DNA of 64,000 bases from Patescibacteria group bacterium. GTDB lineage: Bacteria > Patescibacteriota > Patescibacteriia > PEXW01. The stretch is taken from the NCBI GenBank assembly GCA_041671325.1, contig JBAZBR010000002.1:137978-201977 (forward strand), in the 5' to 3' direction. The first letter of the stretch is position 1; every line of letters starts with the position of its first letter. This document shows, piece after piece, positions 36,542 to 47,055 of the stretch. The notes under the pieces were generated by a model. That model saw only the letters and a list, made by a program, of their open reading frames with translations. It did not search any database and was not told the DNA's origin. Made by a program: the position numbers and the translations under genes.

Positions 36542-37105
36542 ATGGATATTAACGCCGCAACCACTTCGGTCCAAGGCTTATTCGCTGGCTTTAACTGGTC
36601 GCAACCCAGTTGGGATTTGTTTATTATCATGTTTTTTGTGATTGCGGCTTTTTTGTATGGCTTGTCTTTGGGCCGGGACCGGATAATTGTCATTATGGTT
36701 TCCATTTATATGGGATTGGCCATAGTTAACACGGCTCCGTTCTTATCCAGCACAGTCATTACCATCCAAACGCCCTTTATGGTTAAGGTCAGCGTATTCT
36801 TAGGCGTGTTTGTGGCTTTATTTTTTCTGCTTTCCCGTTCAGCGCTTTTGCGCACTATTGCCGCTTCTGATGCCCAAGGCAAGTGGTGGCAAGTTTTGAT
36901 TTACTCTATTTTACATGTGGGACTTTTAGTCAGCGTGACTTTGAATTATTTGAATCCCGAAGCCGTGGCCAAATTGGCGCCCTTAACCCAGAAAATATTT
37001 GCTACGCCTAATGCCAGGTTCATCTGGATCATCGCCCCGATCGTAGCCATGATTTTATTCGGCGGCGGCGCGGCTGAAAAGAAGAAATATAAGTACGAGA
37101 TTTAG
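36542..37105 (+). CDS. hypothetical membrane protein, 187 aa
   Basis: Five predicted TM helices. Confidence 0.5.
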   Translation: MDINAATTSVQGLFAGFNWSQPSWDLFIIMFFVIAAFLYGLSLGRDRIIVIMVSIYMGLAIVNTAPFLSSTVITIQTPFMVKVSVFLGVFVALFFLLSRSALLRTIAASDAQGKWWQVLIYSILHVGLLVSVTLNYLNPEAVAKLAPLTQKIFATPNARFIWIIAPIVAMILFGGGAAEKKKYKYEI

Positions 37106-37327
37106 GGTTTTAAATCAATTTTCACGTATTTGCAGTATCGTGCTTAACTTTTTTCTGGTTCTTATCTTCACTCACGAATAATTACCCTTTCTGGTTTCAG
37201 AAAGGGTAAAGCCCAAAGAAAATTGGGGATTTTTGATTCGCTCAAAACTAGCAATCCAAGTTGTTTTCGGGGAATGGCTCAGCAAAAATCCCCAAACCCC
37301 TAACGCTAACGATATTTTTACAATCTA

Positions 37328-37380
37328 ACCCCTCACCCCCAACCCCTCTCCCTAAAGGGAGAGGGGCGTCAGAAGGGGTT
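37328..37380. repeat. GC-rich palindromic repeat (class 2, short)
   Basis: CCCCTCACCCCCAACCCCTCTCCC-TAAA-GGGAGAGGGG. Confidence 0.6.
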
Positions 37381-37400
37381 AAATTTGATACAATTCAATT

Positions 37401-38771
37401 ATGTTAAAGTTATTCAATACCCTTTCTAGAAAAGTTGAAGAATTCCAGCCGCTTAACCCGCCTCAGGTGGGATTTTACGCTTGCGGACCCACGGTTTATG
37501 ACCAGGCGCATATTGGCAATTTGCGGTCTTATATTTTTGCTGACATTTTACACCGCACCTTAATCCATAATGGCTATAAGGTTAAATTTGTCATGAATAT
37601 TACTGATGTCGGGCATTTGACTTCTGATGCAGACGAAGGCGAGGATAAACTGGAAAAAGGCGCCAAGCGCGAGCATATCAGTGTTTGGGATGTGGCGGAA
37701 AAATATATAAGACTATTCAAGCGAGATTTGAAAGCTTTGAATATTACCGAACCAGATGTATGGATGAAGGCAACCGATAATATCCAAGAACAAATCGGGT
37801 TAATAAAAAAATTGGAAGCTAAAGGTTTTACTTACAAAACTTCAGACGGGATTTATTATGACACCAGCAAATTCCCAAGTTATGGTGATTTGGCTAAATT
37901 GAATTTACCAGGCCAGAAAGAAGGCGCCAGGGTTGAGGCAAATAAAGAAAAAAGAAATCCCACAGACTTTGCCTTGTGGAAGTTTTCGCCTAAAAACGAA
38001 AAAAGGCAAATGGAATGGGAAAGTCCTTGGGGCATAGGTTTTCCAGGTTGGCATATTGAATGTTCAGCCATGAGTATGAAAGCTTTGGGTGAAACTTTTG
38101 ACATCCACACTGGCGGCGTTGATCACATCCCCGTGCACCACACCAATGAAATTGCGCAAAGCGAAGGTGCCACCGGCAAGCCATTTGTGAAATATTGGTT
38201 GCACAATGAGTTTTTACAAGTTGATGGCGGTAAAATGGCCAAGTCAGCTGGAACTTTTTATACGCTTGATACTTTAAAAGAGAAAGGTTCCCCCCCGATG
38301 GCTTATCGTTATTTAGTTTTGGGTGCGCATTACCGCAGTAAATTAAATTTTACCTTTGAAGCATTAAAAGCCAGTCAAAATGCTTATGATGAATTAGTCA
38401 ATCGTTTAGCGAATATGGCTGATGGGCCTAAAATCGGATGTGCGGAATTTGAAAGTAAGTTTTTTGACGCCATTGACAATGATTTAAATACGCCCCAAGC
38501 TTTGGCGATTATGTGGGAGATGTTAAAGAGTAGTAACCCTGATTCTGCAAAAAAAGCCAGCTTGCTTAAGATAGATGAAATACTTGGTTTAGGTTTGTCT
38601 AAAATAAAAACCATTAAAGTTCCAAAAGAAATTAAAGAATTAGTTGAGCAAAGGGAATCAGCAAGAAAGGATAAGGATTTTAAATTGAGCGACGAGTTAA
38701 GATCGCAGATTAATAAATCAGGTTTTCAGGTTGAGGATACAGAAAGTGGGCCAATCATTAAAGCAAAATAA
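37401..38771 (+). CDS. cysS: cysteine--tRNA ligase
   Basis: HIGH-type (HIGN) and KMSKS-type (KMAKS) class I motifs; a CysRS zinc-binding Cys is present. Confidence 0.9.
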   Translation: MLKLFNTLSRKVEEFQPLNPPQVGFYACGPTVYDQAHIGNLRSYIFADILHRTLIHNGYKVKFVMNITDVGHLTSDADEGEDKLEKGAKREHISVWDVAEKYIRLFKRDLKALNITEPDVWMKATDNIQEQIGLIKKLEAKGFTYKTSDGIYYDTSKFPSYGDLAKLNLPGQKEGARVEANKEKRNPTDFALWKFSPKNEKRQMEWESPWGIGFPGWHIECSAMSMKALGETFDIHTGGVDHIPVHHTNEIAQSEGATGKPFVKYWLHNEFLQVDGGKMAKSAGTFYTLDTLKEKGSPPMAYRYLVLGAHYRSKLNFTFEALKASQNAYDELVNRLANMADGPKIGCAEFESKFFDAIDNDLNTPQALAIMWEMLKSSNPDSAKKASLLKIDEILGLGLSKIKTIKVPKEIKELVEQRESARKDKDFKLSDELRSQINKSGFQVEDTESGPIIKAK

Positions 38772-38774
38772 ATA

Positions 38775-39731
38775 ATGGATAATTTCTGGCAAAAACTAAA
38801 AAAGCCGATTTTGGCATTGGCGCCAATGGCCGGGGTAACAGATTCGGCTTTTCGGCTGATGTGTAAACTTGGCGGGGCAGACGTCTTATATACGGAATTT
38901 GTTTCCACCGATGCCATTGTTTATGAAAGCCAGAAGACTTTTAAGATGCTGAAATTTTCTAAAAAGGAAAAACCCTTGGTTGTGCAAATCTTTGGCAAAA
39001 ACCCAGAACATTATTTTAAGAGCGTAAAAGTTTTGAGTGAACTTGGCTATGATGGCATAGATATTAACTTTGGTTGTCCTGCAAATAAAGTGGTGAAAAG
39101 CGGCGGGGGAGTTAAATTAATGCATAATTTATCTTTAGTCAGGGAATTAGTCCAAGCCGCTTGCGAAGGCGGTCAAGTACCAATTTCCTTAAAAGTCAGG
39201 GCCAGTATTGAAGATAAAAAAACCAAGATTAAAGTTACGGCTTTGGACTTGGTGGAAAAGGTCAAAGACCTGCCAATAGCTGCAATAATGGTGCATGGCC
39301 GATCGTATGAACAGCCTTTTGATGGTGAACTTGATGTGTCAGCCATAACTCAGGTAAAAAGGGCTTTTCAGGGTATTGTCTTGGCAAACGGGGGCATTTA
39401 CCGGCCTGAAGACGCCAAAACGCTCCTAGAGCAAACTGGGGCTGATGGGGTGGGTATTGCCAGGGGTGCATGGGGGAAAACCTGGCTTTTTAGCCAAATT
39501 AAGGACTATTTAAAGACTGGGAAATATGAAGAATTTAGCTGGGAAAAGGTTAAAAAACAGATGCTGGAGCATGCTAAATATGCGCTAACAAACAAGGGCG
39601 AACATGGCTTGGTTGAATTAAGAAAGCAATTGGCTTGGTACGTGAAAGGCATGCCGAACGCGGCTAGCCTAAGGTCGCTCTTAGTCAAAACTAGTTCCAT
39701 TGAAGAAATTGAAGCAGTTTTAAAGAATTAA
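38775..39731 (+). CDS. tRNA-dihydrouridine synthase (Dus family)
   Basis: LAPMAGVTD N-terminal motif and TIM-barrel length. Confidence 0.85.
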   Translation: MDNFWQKLKKPILALAPMAGVTDSAFRLMCKLGGADVLYTEFVSTDAIVYESQKTFKMLKFSKKEKPLVVQIFGKNPEHYFKSVKVLSELGYDGIDINFGCPANKVVKSGGGVKLMHNLSLVRELVQAACEGGQVPISLKVRASIEDKKTKIKVTALDLVEKVKDLPIAAIMVHGRSYEQPFDGELDVSAITQVKRAFQGIVLANGGIYRPEDAKTLLEQTGADGVGIARGAWGKTWLFSQIKDYLKTGKYEEFSWEKVKKQMLEHAKYALTNKGEHGLVELRKQLAWYVKGMPNAASLRSLLVKTSSIEEIEAVLKN

Positions 39732-39824
39732 ATTATTTGTTCGAGCAATTTAAACAAAAAATACCAGCCAAATAATAAGCCGGTATTTTTAACAACGTGT
39801 TTTGGTTTATTCAATCAACTGGTT

Positions 39825-40085
39825 TCAACGGATTAATTCATCAGGATCAAAATCAGGATTGCACATTTGACTGTCCCACGTGCTTGGAAGTAATCGGGGA
39901 TAGGGCATGGATTGGTTCTTTTTCCGCCGCCGGTAATATAAACCAAAGACAGAAGCGTTAATTGGGATCAGCATCAGCGACCACCAGTCAGAAATTCCTA
40001 TCACAGGGAGTATAAGTAATGCAATAAAGATTAGACTTGCATTTGCGCTCGCTCCTAACAGCAGGAGTGTTTTAAACTTAAGCAT
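39825..40085 (-). CDS. small membrane protein, 86 aa
   Basis: Two TM helices. Confidence 0.4.
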   Translation of the reverse strand: MLKFKTLLLLGASANASLIFIALLILPVIGISDWWSLMLIPINASVFGLYYRRRKKNQSMPYPRLLPSTWDSQMCNPDFDPDELIR

Positions 40086-40207
40086 TTTTTACTCCTTGCT
40101 CTTGAGTCTGGTTTAATGAACAACGGTAATAATCTATATTAAACCCTGCAAAAAAGCAAGGTATAGCCAATAATCTAATAGAAATTTAAGAAATCTTAAA
40201 AAAACAA

Positions 40208-40735
40208 TCAGCCATTTTTTTGTCCGAAGATATATTTATAGATAGGAATGGATTTTTCCGTGGGTTTGTCTTTGGCTTCTAATTTCCAATCGGGGATAGA
40301 AAAAGTGTAAGAAACAATTCGGGTGCCTGGCTGGCACTCTTTTTCAAATTTTATTTTAAGTTTTTTCATGGCTGGAGCTGTGAGAAAACAAAAAATAACA
40401 TTGGCTTGGGAAAAGTCGGCTTTATAAAAATCCTTAAACTTAAATTTCACCCTGGGTTTAAGTTTTCTAACCCTAAACCAACCAAAAATATAAGGCAGGA
40501 CAGAAATTTCAAAACCAATAATGCTTTTGGCTTTGGTCTTGGCAAATTCGGGTAAGAGCCTGGCATCACCTGCGCCCAGTTCAAAGATGGTTTCATCCTC
40601 CTTTAAATCAACAAAGTCCAAAATTCGTTGGTAATCATATTGCCATGTGGGAACCCAAGGTGCACCCTTGAATACTGCCCAAGCCGCACTGCCAACGATA
40701 ATTATGAAAATAACAATAAATAGGTAAAGCAGCAT
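40208..40735 (-). CDS. class I SAM-dependent methyltransferase, membrane-anchored
   Basis: N-terminal TM helix and motif I ELGAGDA. Confidence 0.65.
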   Translation of the reverse strand: MLLYLFIVIFIIIVGSAAWAVFKGAPWVPTWQYDYQRILDFVDLKEDETIFELGAGDARLLPEFAKTKAKSIIGFEISVLPYIFGWFRVRKLKPRVKFKFKDFYKADFSQANVIFCFLTAPAMKKLKIKFEKECQPGTRIVSYTFSIPDWKLEAKDKPTEKSIPIYKYIFGQKNG

Positions 40736-40757
40736 GTGAGAATTTTAGCATATATTT

Positions 40758-40996
40758 TCCCCTCACCCTCCAACCCCTCTCCGACAAAGGTGAGAGGGAG
40801 GTAAGTAGTTTTTTCTGTCATTGCGAAGGAGTGCCTGCCCGCCATCGTTTGTCTCAGGCGTTGCAGGCGGGAAACGATCGACCTGTCCGCCGTACTCGCT
40901 TGTCGAGGCAGGCGGGAGCAATCTGGTCTTCAATAAAACGAAAGATTGCCACGTCGTCCCGCCCCCGCGGCCGCGGGGGCGGGACTCCTCGCACTG
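40758..40996. repeat. GC-rich palindromic repeat cluster (class 2)
   Basis: CCCCTCACCCTCCAACCCCTCTCC...GGTGAGAGGGAGG, CCTGCCCGCC...GGCGGG, and CCCGCCCCCGCGGCCGCGGGGGCGGG. ORFs here are artefacts. Confidence 0.7.
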
Positions 40997-41183
40997 ACAA
41001 ATGTGAAAATTTACATTGTGCGGAAAAAAAGGGAACCATCCAAGGTTCCTTTAATAAAAAACCATCACAAGGAAGCTCGAACATCAAGCTTGGCTTGTGT
41101 GAGAGCTGACGAAGTGAGTCTTTGATGGGAAAGGGGGAGTACGGGAGGGGGAAACCGAAGGTGTCCCACCCCGAGATAATCAA

Positions 41184-41218
41184 AAACTTGACTCCCTATT
41201 TGAAGTCAAGTTTTTGGG
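41184..41218. terminator. bidirectional intrinsic terminator
   Basis: AAAAACTTGACT...AGTCAAGTTTTT, with A/T runs on both sides. Confidence 0.6.
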
Positions 41219-41268
41219 TTAACCTCTTAATTAAGTTATTAGCTTTTAAAAGCTTTTGAGGTTTGTTT

Positions 41269-41721
41269 TTATTTTACTAACGCATTAGCGACGCCTTCGA
41301 CGCTAAAGTCTCCTGAACCAGCTGTTTTGGTGATATTAACATATATCGCTCCGCCCCAGCTTGCTGGAATGCTCTTGCCAGCGCAAGTTGAAACCTTGCT
41401 GTTCAAGTCCTGTAATTTTGTGGCATCATATTTAGCTACAATGTCAGTGACTTTTTGAGTAGCAGTCTTTTTAGCATCGGCTAAAACGCTGATGTTATCA
41501 GATTGGACAAAAGCGGTTAAGCAGCCATTGCTTGCAGCCCAGGCGCCATTGGTATAAATGGAAGCGGTCATCTCCTTGTCTTTTTTAGTAAAAGAGGCAA
41601 GATTTTGGCCATAACCATCCGTAGCATTGCCTATTGTCCAGACAAAAAAGATGCCAAGGAAAAATACAAAGATAAAGGTCAAAACTAAGGCAACCGGCGT
41701 TCCATATTGCATTTTTTCCAT
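41269..41721 (-). CDS. membrane-anchored secreted protein, about 150 aa
   Basis: Start at MEKMQYG with SD AGGAGGTG; N-terminal TM helix. Confidence 0.5.
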   Translation of the reverse strand: MEKMQYGTPVALVLTFIFVFFLGIFFVWTIGNATDGYGQNLASFTKKDKEMTASIYTNGAWAASNGCLTAFVQSDNISVLADAKKTATQKVTDIVAKYDATKLQDLNSKVSTCAGKSIPASWGGAIYVNITKTAGSGDFSVEGVANALVK

Positions 41722-41759
41722 AATTCTCACCTCCTTTCTTAGATTAAAACAAATAGTTA

Positions 41760-42731
41760 TTATTTTTGCTTTTGTTTGGCTTCTTGTTCAGGAAGCTCAA
41801 CTAGATTATCGACAATTATCCGTAAATCTTCAAGCATGACTTCAGACACGCTATCATCGCCTTTGCCGGCCTCTACTTGCGTCAGGTGGACCCGCGAACC
41901 AGCTTCATCCATGATATCAATTGCCTTATCGGGGAAAACCCTTTCTCTTAGGTGTTTGTGGGCCAGCAAGACAATTGCTTCGAGAATTTCATCGGAATAT
42001 TTTACGTGATGATAGCTTTCGTATTTGGGCCTTAAGCCCTTCAAAATTTCTAAAGTCTGGTTGGTGTCCGGTTCTTCAATAATTACCGGTTGAAAACGCC
42101 TTTCCAAGGTTTGATCTTTTTCAACATACTTTTGGTATTCTTCCATGGTCGTGGCGCCAACGACCTGGAGTTCGCCGCGGGCTAAAGCTGGCTTTAAAAT
42201 ATCAGCGGCATCAATTGCGCCGGTGGCTTCGCCGGCTTCGGCTAAAGTGTGGATCTCATCAATAAAGAGGATGATATGCCTTTGGGCGGCAATGATTTCA
42301 TCAACTAAAGCTTTCAGCCTTTTTTCAAATTCCCCGCGATATTTCGTGCCAGCCACCAAGCCAGATAGATCCAAAGCTAAAACCCTTTTATTCTTTAAAT
42401 TTTCCGGGACGTTACTATTGGCTAATTCATTAGCCAGTTCTTCCACTATTGCAGTTTTGCCGACTCCCGATTTGCCAATCAGGACAGGATTGTTTTTTGT
42501 CCGGCGAGATAAAATTTCAATGACTCGGTAGATTTCATGCTTACGGCCAATGACAGGATCCAGTTTTCCGCTTTTTGCCAAGGCTGTTAAATCTTTGGAA
42601 TAAAGCTCCAGGATTTTTCCAGAGCTAATCATACTGCCTTCATTTTGTTTTTTTAGCAGAACTATTGTCACCGCGATGACTGCGGCAACAATAACGCCGA
42701 TGATCGTGGTATTCATGTTTTTATTTTCCAA
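41760..42731 (-). CDS. membrane-anchored AAA+ ATPase resembling the Clp D1 module only
   Basis: N-terminal TM helix, then [39 protein letters not shown], Walker B ILFIDEIH, and RGEFEKRLK, as in ClpA/B/C NBD1. No second AAA domain. Confidence 0.6.
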   Translation of the reverse strand: MENKNMNTTIIGVIVAAVIAVTIVLLKKQNEGSMISSGKILELYSKDLTALAKSGKLDPVIGRKHEIYRVIEILSRRTKNNPVLIGKSGVGKTAIVEELANELANSNVPENLKNKRVLALDLSGLVAGTKYRGEFEKRLKALVDEIIAAQRHIILFIDEIHTLAEAGEATGAIDAADILKPALARGELQVVGATTMEEYQKYVEKDQTLERRFQPVIIEEPDTNQTLEILKGLRPKYESYHHVKYSDEILEAIVLLAHKHLRERVFPDKAIDIMDEAGSRVHLTQVEAGKGDDSVSEVMLEDLRIIVDNLVELPEQEAKQKQK

Positions 42732-42868
42732 ACCATGGAAAAAACCGTGAAAGCCAATACACCGCTGCTCATAATAACTATAACGGCAATTTTATAACCA
42801 GTTGCCAGTCTTAGCTCGTAATCAGTCCTAGTTTTTACTTTGGTTTTAAACTTTGACATATATTAATA

Positions 42869-43804
42869 TTATATCCAACGCATTTTTTTAAAGATAGCCA
42901 CTGCGCCAGCGCCAATTATGGCCAGGACAGCAAGTAAAGCGTAGAAACCATATGGGGTTTCAACTAAAGGCGTATGCGGTAGGCGGGCGGTAAAAATGCC
43001 TACCGCCAAAGTCAGAGTGAAAATTATGACAGAAATAGTGGTGTAGGTTTTCATAATGTCGTTCAAGCGGAAAGAGATCAGTGATTCATTAGTGGCTTGC
43101 AAAGCTTCTATGGCCTCCCGAAAAGCTTCCAAGTTGTCCCAAATTTCCTTGGACTTTTCTACGGCATTGTTAATCACTTCATCGCTTTGCGGATCTTGAC
43201 TGATTTTTAATAAGCGGTTGGCAACATTTAGCTTTTTAATGCTGTTTTTGTGGGCTTGCATGGTTTTCCGGAAATCCACAATATTCCTGCGGGTTATCAG
43301 AATTTCCTGGACCATTTCCTTTTCCCGACCGCGGAAAATCAGCTTTTCAATGGAATGCAAATCCATGGAAACATGGTCTAACATTGGCATGCAGGCATTC
43401 AATTGCTGGGTAATTACTTCGATGAGCATGCTTAAGATGTTGCATTTGCCGTTTGAGCCTGAGTGATTGTGGGCTTTAAAATCATTGAAAATTTTATCGA
43501 CAATCGGCAGGCGGTTATCATGGACGGTAATTAAATAATCCTGGCTGATGAAAAAATCAATTTCCGAAGATTCAATTTCCCTGGTTTTGCGGTTGTAGAT
43601 TGGGAAAAGCAAAACCAAAAAAGCATAGCGATCATAAATCTCGAGCTTGGGTCTTTGGCCAGTATTAATGCACTCCTTGATATCCAAAGCGTGGAAGTAC
43701 GGAAAATTTTCCCTTAAGAATTTTACCTCTTGGGTATCTTCAGCGGTTGCACCAGTAATATTGAGCCATCGGCAAGATGGAGTCTTAGCTTCAGTTATGG
43801 GCAT
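42869..43804 (-). CDS. CorA-like divalent cation transporter family protein (divergent)
   Basis: Large cytoplasmic N-domain plus two C-terminal TM helices; the GMN motif is not conserved. Confidence 0.4.
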   Translation of the reverse strand: MPITEAKTPSCRWLNITGATAEDTQEVKFLRENFPYFHALDIKECINTGQRPKLEIYDRYAFLVLLFPIYNRKTREIESSEIDFFISQDYLITVHDNRLPIVDKIFNDFKAHNHSGSNGKCNILSMLIEVITQQLNACMPMLDHVSMDLHSIEKLIFRGREKEMVQEILITRRNIVDFRKTMQAHKNSIKKLNVANRLLKISQDPQSDEVINNAVEKSKEIWDNLEAFREAIEALQATNESLISFRLNDIMKTYTTISVIIFTLTLAVGIFTARLPHTPLVETPYGFYALLAVLAIIGAGAVAIFKKMRWI

Positions 43805-44090
43805 ATTGGATAGTTTTTATTTTCTTTGATTTTTGCTTATTTGATTATATTCTAGCACGATTTGGGATTTTATGCAAGTTTTTGTCTTAATAAAGTATTT
43901 CCCAAGGACAAGCCTTGAAAATATCAGTTTACGCCGAGATATTTATTAGAAGGCAAGGCAATGTGCGTTAACTTTTGTTGCCTGTGTCGCTCTAATTCTA
44001 AACAACGAAACGAGATTCGAATTCTTGCTATCCTCGGCAATAAAAAACTCCGGCGCTTTCGCAACCGGAGTTTCAAAGAAATAGGGATTT

Positions 44091-44600
44091 TCAGGAATTT
44101 AACCAGGAATCCCCCCATAGATTTAGCAAAGGATTAAACCAGGAATCCAGTAGGTTATTAAACCAGGAATCCCGGTAGGTTCTGACAATCACCTTGATAG
44201 TATCAGCTCCAGCGAATTGATTATCACCGGTCCAGGCCCAGCTTGTGATGCATGAAATTTCATAAGTTCCGTTCGCTGGGTTTCCGAAGTTAAAAATATA
44301 CATGGACCCGTCGTAAGATATTGGTTTACCATCAACCAACCAAGATACGCTTGCTACACGGGTGTCGTATCGCCGCGGTGAATCGTATCGCAGGGTCAGA
44401 CCGCCTCCTGAGCTAGGCAGATTAATGACGTCATTATTATCAAGAGCCTGAACCGTCCCGTTGGTTAAGACTCGATACAGTCCACCACTAGTCGGCTGGT
44501 TGCTATTTTCCCAGACATTACTGCTGTGGAAATGAAAGCTACCACAGCCGGCAAAAGCCATCAGGCAGATTGCCGCCAAGAGTATGCTTAACGTTTTCAT
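44091..44600 (-). CDS. lipoprotein with C-terminal DSWFNxLL repeats
   Basis: Start at MKTLSILL with SD GGAGG and lipobox FAG-C. The C-terminus is encoded by 3 tandem ~27-bp repeats. Confidence 0.5.
   Translation of the reverse strand: MKTLSILLAAICLMAFAGCGSFHFHSSNVWENSNQPTSGGLYRVLTNGTVQALDNNDVINLPSSGGGLTLRYDSPRRYDTRVASVSWLVDGKPISYDGSMYIFNFGNPANGTYEISCITSWAWTGDNQFAGADTIKVIVRTYRDSWFNNLLDSWFNPLLNLWGDSWLNS
44098..44180. repeat. tandem ~27-bp repeat x3 (coding)
   Basis: TTAAACCAGGAATCC... x3. Confidence 0.6.
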
Positions 44601-44601
44601 T

Positions 44602-45012
44602 TCAACAACCTCCTGAAATATCCACCACAATCGTGGTATCATTTTTTCCAACCAGATATGGCCCAAAAGAAAACGGGCCATAAGCGATTAAGATATCAAC
44701 AGTTTCAACCCGATCTGGCACCCTGAGCAAGAGGGCGCTGTTGACTATATCTTGTGGGTACGAAGCCGGCTGTCCCACCGAAGAATTAGCATGAATAGTA
44801 GCTATTCCACCGCACAGATTCTTACCAGATTTGGTTTCAAAGGTGACTGTAAACCAGGTATAGGTTGTTTCACCCACGCCCTTGCCGCGGATATCGATAT
44901 CCGCACTGACTCGGCTGATGATATTTTCTGGTTGCTTAAGATAGCCGTTTCCACAGCTATTCAAAAAGCCCAGGGCAAAAACGCCTATCAAAATGACAAA
45001 GATCGCTTTCAT
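44602..45012 (-). CDS. lipoprotein, 136 aa
   Basis: Lipobox LNS-C. Confidence 0.5.
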   Translation of the reverse strand: MKAIFVILIGVFALGFLNSCGNGYLKQPENIISRVSADIDIRGKGVGETTYTWFTVTFETKSGKNLCGGIATIHANSSVGQPASYPQDIVNSALLLRVPDRVETVDILIAYGPFSFGPYLVGKNDTTIVVDISGGC

Positions 45013-45158
45013 GTTTTATATCCTTTGTTTTTGGTTTTGTTCTTGTTTAACAGCGTTGAAACTTAACAAAAGCCAGTCTTTTTGTCAACCCCCGCTTGAC
45101 CTATTTTTGTTGAAATGTTAATTTAAACCCATCAAACAAACCGTTTAATTAAACAAAT

Positions 45159-45833
45159 ATGACAGACCAAAACACAGACCCAATTTTGCAAGTTAGACAA
45201 TTGCTGGCCGAGGCCAAAGCCTCAATCCAATCCGCCGAGCAGATTTTAGGCGAGAATTCGGAATTGCCAGGCAAAAAAATTAACCTTAATGCCCAGGCCC
45301 GGAAAGAAGGCTCGGTTTCGGTTGACGGCGAGAACCGGGTGATTGAAGGAATTTTTGACGGCCAACACATGGTTGGGCCAGATGGCAAGCAATATTCTGT
45401 GCCGGCCAATTACGCTTCCAAATCAAAACTTATTGAAGGCGATAAATTAAAACTCACCATTACTCCGGATGGCGCCTTTATCTATAAACAAATCGGCCCA
45501 ATTGACAGGGTCAGGGTGGTTGGCAAATTAGTCAGGGATGATCAAACTGATGAATTCCAGGTTGTTGCCAATGGTGTGCCTTACCGGGTGCTGTTAGCCA
45601 GCATAACTTATTTCAAGGGCGAAGCTGGTGATGACGTGGTCATAATGCTGCCGAAAGACAGCCAAGCGAAATTTGCGGCAGTTGAAAACATAATCAAAAA
45701 AGTCCCAGGCCAAGAACCGGTTGAGGCAGTCCAAACTGAAATCGTTGAAGGCGAGACGGGTGATATTTTGCCAAATATTAATGCTGATCAGGTTGAAACG
45801 CCCGAAGTCCAGGATAAAATTGACGAAATTTAA
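45159..45833 (+). CDS. hypothetical protein, 224 aa
   Basis: Coding-like ORF. Confidence 0.5.
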   Translation: MTDQNTDPILQVRQLLAEAKASIQSAEQILGENSELPGKKINLNAQARKEGSVSVDGENRVIEGIFDGQHMVGPDGKQYSVPANYASKSKLIEGDKLKLTITPDGAFIYKQIGPIDRVRVVGKLVRDDQTDEFQVVANGVPYRVLLASITYFKGEAGDDVVIMLPKDSQAKFAAVENIIKKVPGQEPVEAVQTEIVEGETGDILPNINADQVETPEVQDKIDEI

Positions 45834-45836
45834 CGC

Positions 45837-46223
45837 TTATTGTTTTTTTTTCCGGCGGCTTTTCACCCGTTCGGTAATTAGCCAGAAAATTAAAACTGTG
45901 CCGCTGATAATCGGTAAGTCTTGTGGTATATGATAGCCATGGCCATTTCCCCAAAAAGAAGCTACACAGGTTATAATTATTAAAGTCAAAAGCCATAATA
46001 AGACAAACAATTCACCCCGTTGATTGCGGCTGGTGTATTTTTGGTTAAGCCGTAAAATTTCCTTGTCGCCCACATATGCGCCGACTAGGGTTATATAAAG
46101 AGTGGATGCTAAAACTGAAACCTTGAATTGGCCTTTAGAAAAGAATTCAGCCGCCATCCATACCCAAACAAAAAAGGTGTAGATGTCTAAAAGTAGGATA
46201 AAGGCTTTAACTCGGTGTAACAT
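45837..46223 (-). CDS. hypothetical membrane protein, 128 aa
   Basis: Four TM helices. Confidence 0.45.
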   Translation of the reverse strand: MLHRVKAFILLLDIYTFFVWVWMAAEFFSKGQFKVSVLASTLYITLVGAYVGDKEILRLNQKYTSRNQRGELFVLLWLLTLIIITCVASFWGNGHGYHIPQDLPIISGTVLIFWLITERVKSRRKKKQ

Positions 46224-46356
46224 AGTGAGTGTTTAAGGTTATTTAAATTATAGCAGATTTGTATGAGAATCTAATAAACTAATACCAATTTGACATGAGT
46301 TTGTAAGATATTTATAATAGTTTTGTATTAATATTAAAGCTTTAATCATTAAACAT

Positions 46357-46971
46357 ATGCCAAAAACCTTTATTACCCCGCCACTTCCTTATGACTATAA
46401 TGCCTTAGAGCCTTATATTGATGAAGAAACCATGCATTTTCACCATGATAAGCACCATGTGGCTTATACCACAAAATTCAATCTGGCTCTGGAAAAACAC
46501 CCAGATTGGTTGAAAAAAGATGCTGAGGATATTTTAAAGAAACTTGATGAAGTTCCAGAAAGCATCAGGCCGCAAGTCCGGAATTTTGGCGGCGGGCACG
46601 TAAACCATTCCATGTTTTGGGAAATCATTGGTCCAAATGCGGGCGGCAAACCAGAAGCAGAACTTTTAGAAGTGATCGAAAAAAGCTTTGGGAGCTTTGA
46701 AAAATTCCAGGCAGAGTTTGAAAATGCGGCTAATACCCAATTTGGCTCGGGCTGGGCCTGGTTAAGTTATTTCAATGGCAAATTAATCGTTGAAAAAACC
46801 GCAAATCAAGACTCGCCCTTATCAATGGGCCATACACCCTTATTATTACTGGATGTTTGGGAACATGCTTATTATTTGAAGTACAAGAATATGCGCCAAG
46901 ATTACGTCCACAATTTCTGGCAAGTGGTGAACTGGAAAAAGGTTGAAGAAAAATTCTTAAAAATTAGCTAA
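46357..46971 (+). CDS. sodA: Fe/Mn superoxide dismutase
   Basis: HHDKHH and DVWEHAYY metal-ligand motifs. Confidence 0.92.
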   Translation: MPKTFITPPLPYDYNALEPYIDEETMHFHHDKHHVAYTTKFNLALEKHPDWLKKDAEDILKKLDEVPESIRPQVRNFGGGHVNHSMFWEIIGPNAGGKPEAELLEVIEKSFGSFEKFQAEFENAANTQFGSGWAWLSYFNGKLIVEKTANQDSPLSMGHTPLLLLDVWEHAYYLKYKNMRQDYVHNFWQVVNWKKVEEKFLKIS

Positions 46972-46996
46972 TTCGCTCTTTTCAGAAAAAAGCAAA

Positions 46997-47030
46997 AGGC
47001 CTCGTAGTACAACGGGGCTTTTTGCCTCTA
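46997..47030 (+). terminator. intrinsic terminator after sodA
   Basis: GCCTCG...CGGGGC followed by TTTTT. Confidence 0.5.
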
Positions 47031-47055
47031 TTTAAAGTTATCCACAAATTCATTA

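Noticed and set aside
44098-44180. CRISPR-like regular repeats.
   Set aside because: There are only three contiguous 27-bp units with no spacers, and they are in frame within a lipoprotein gene. No other spaced direct-repeat arrays are present and no cas genes.
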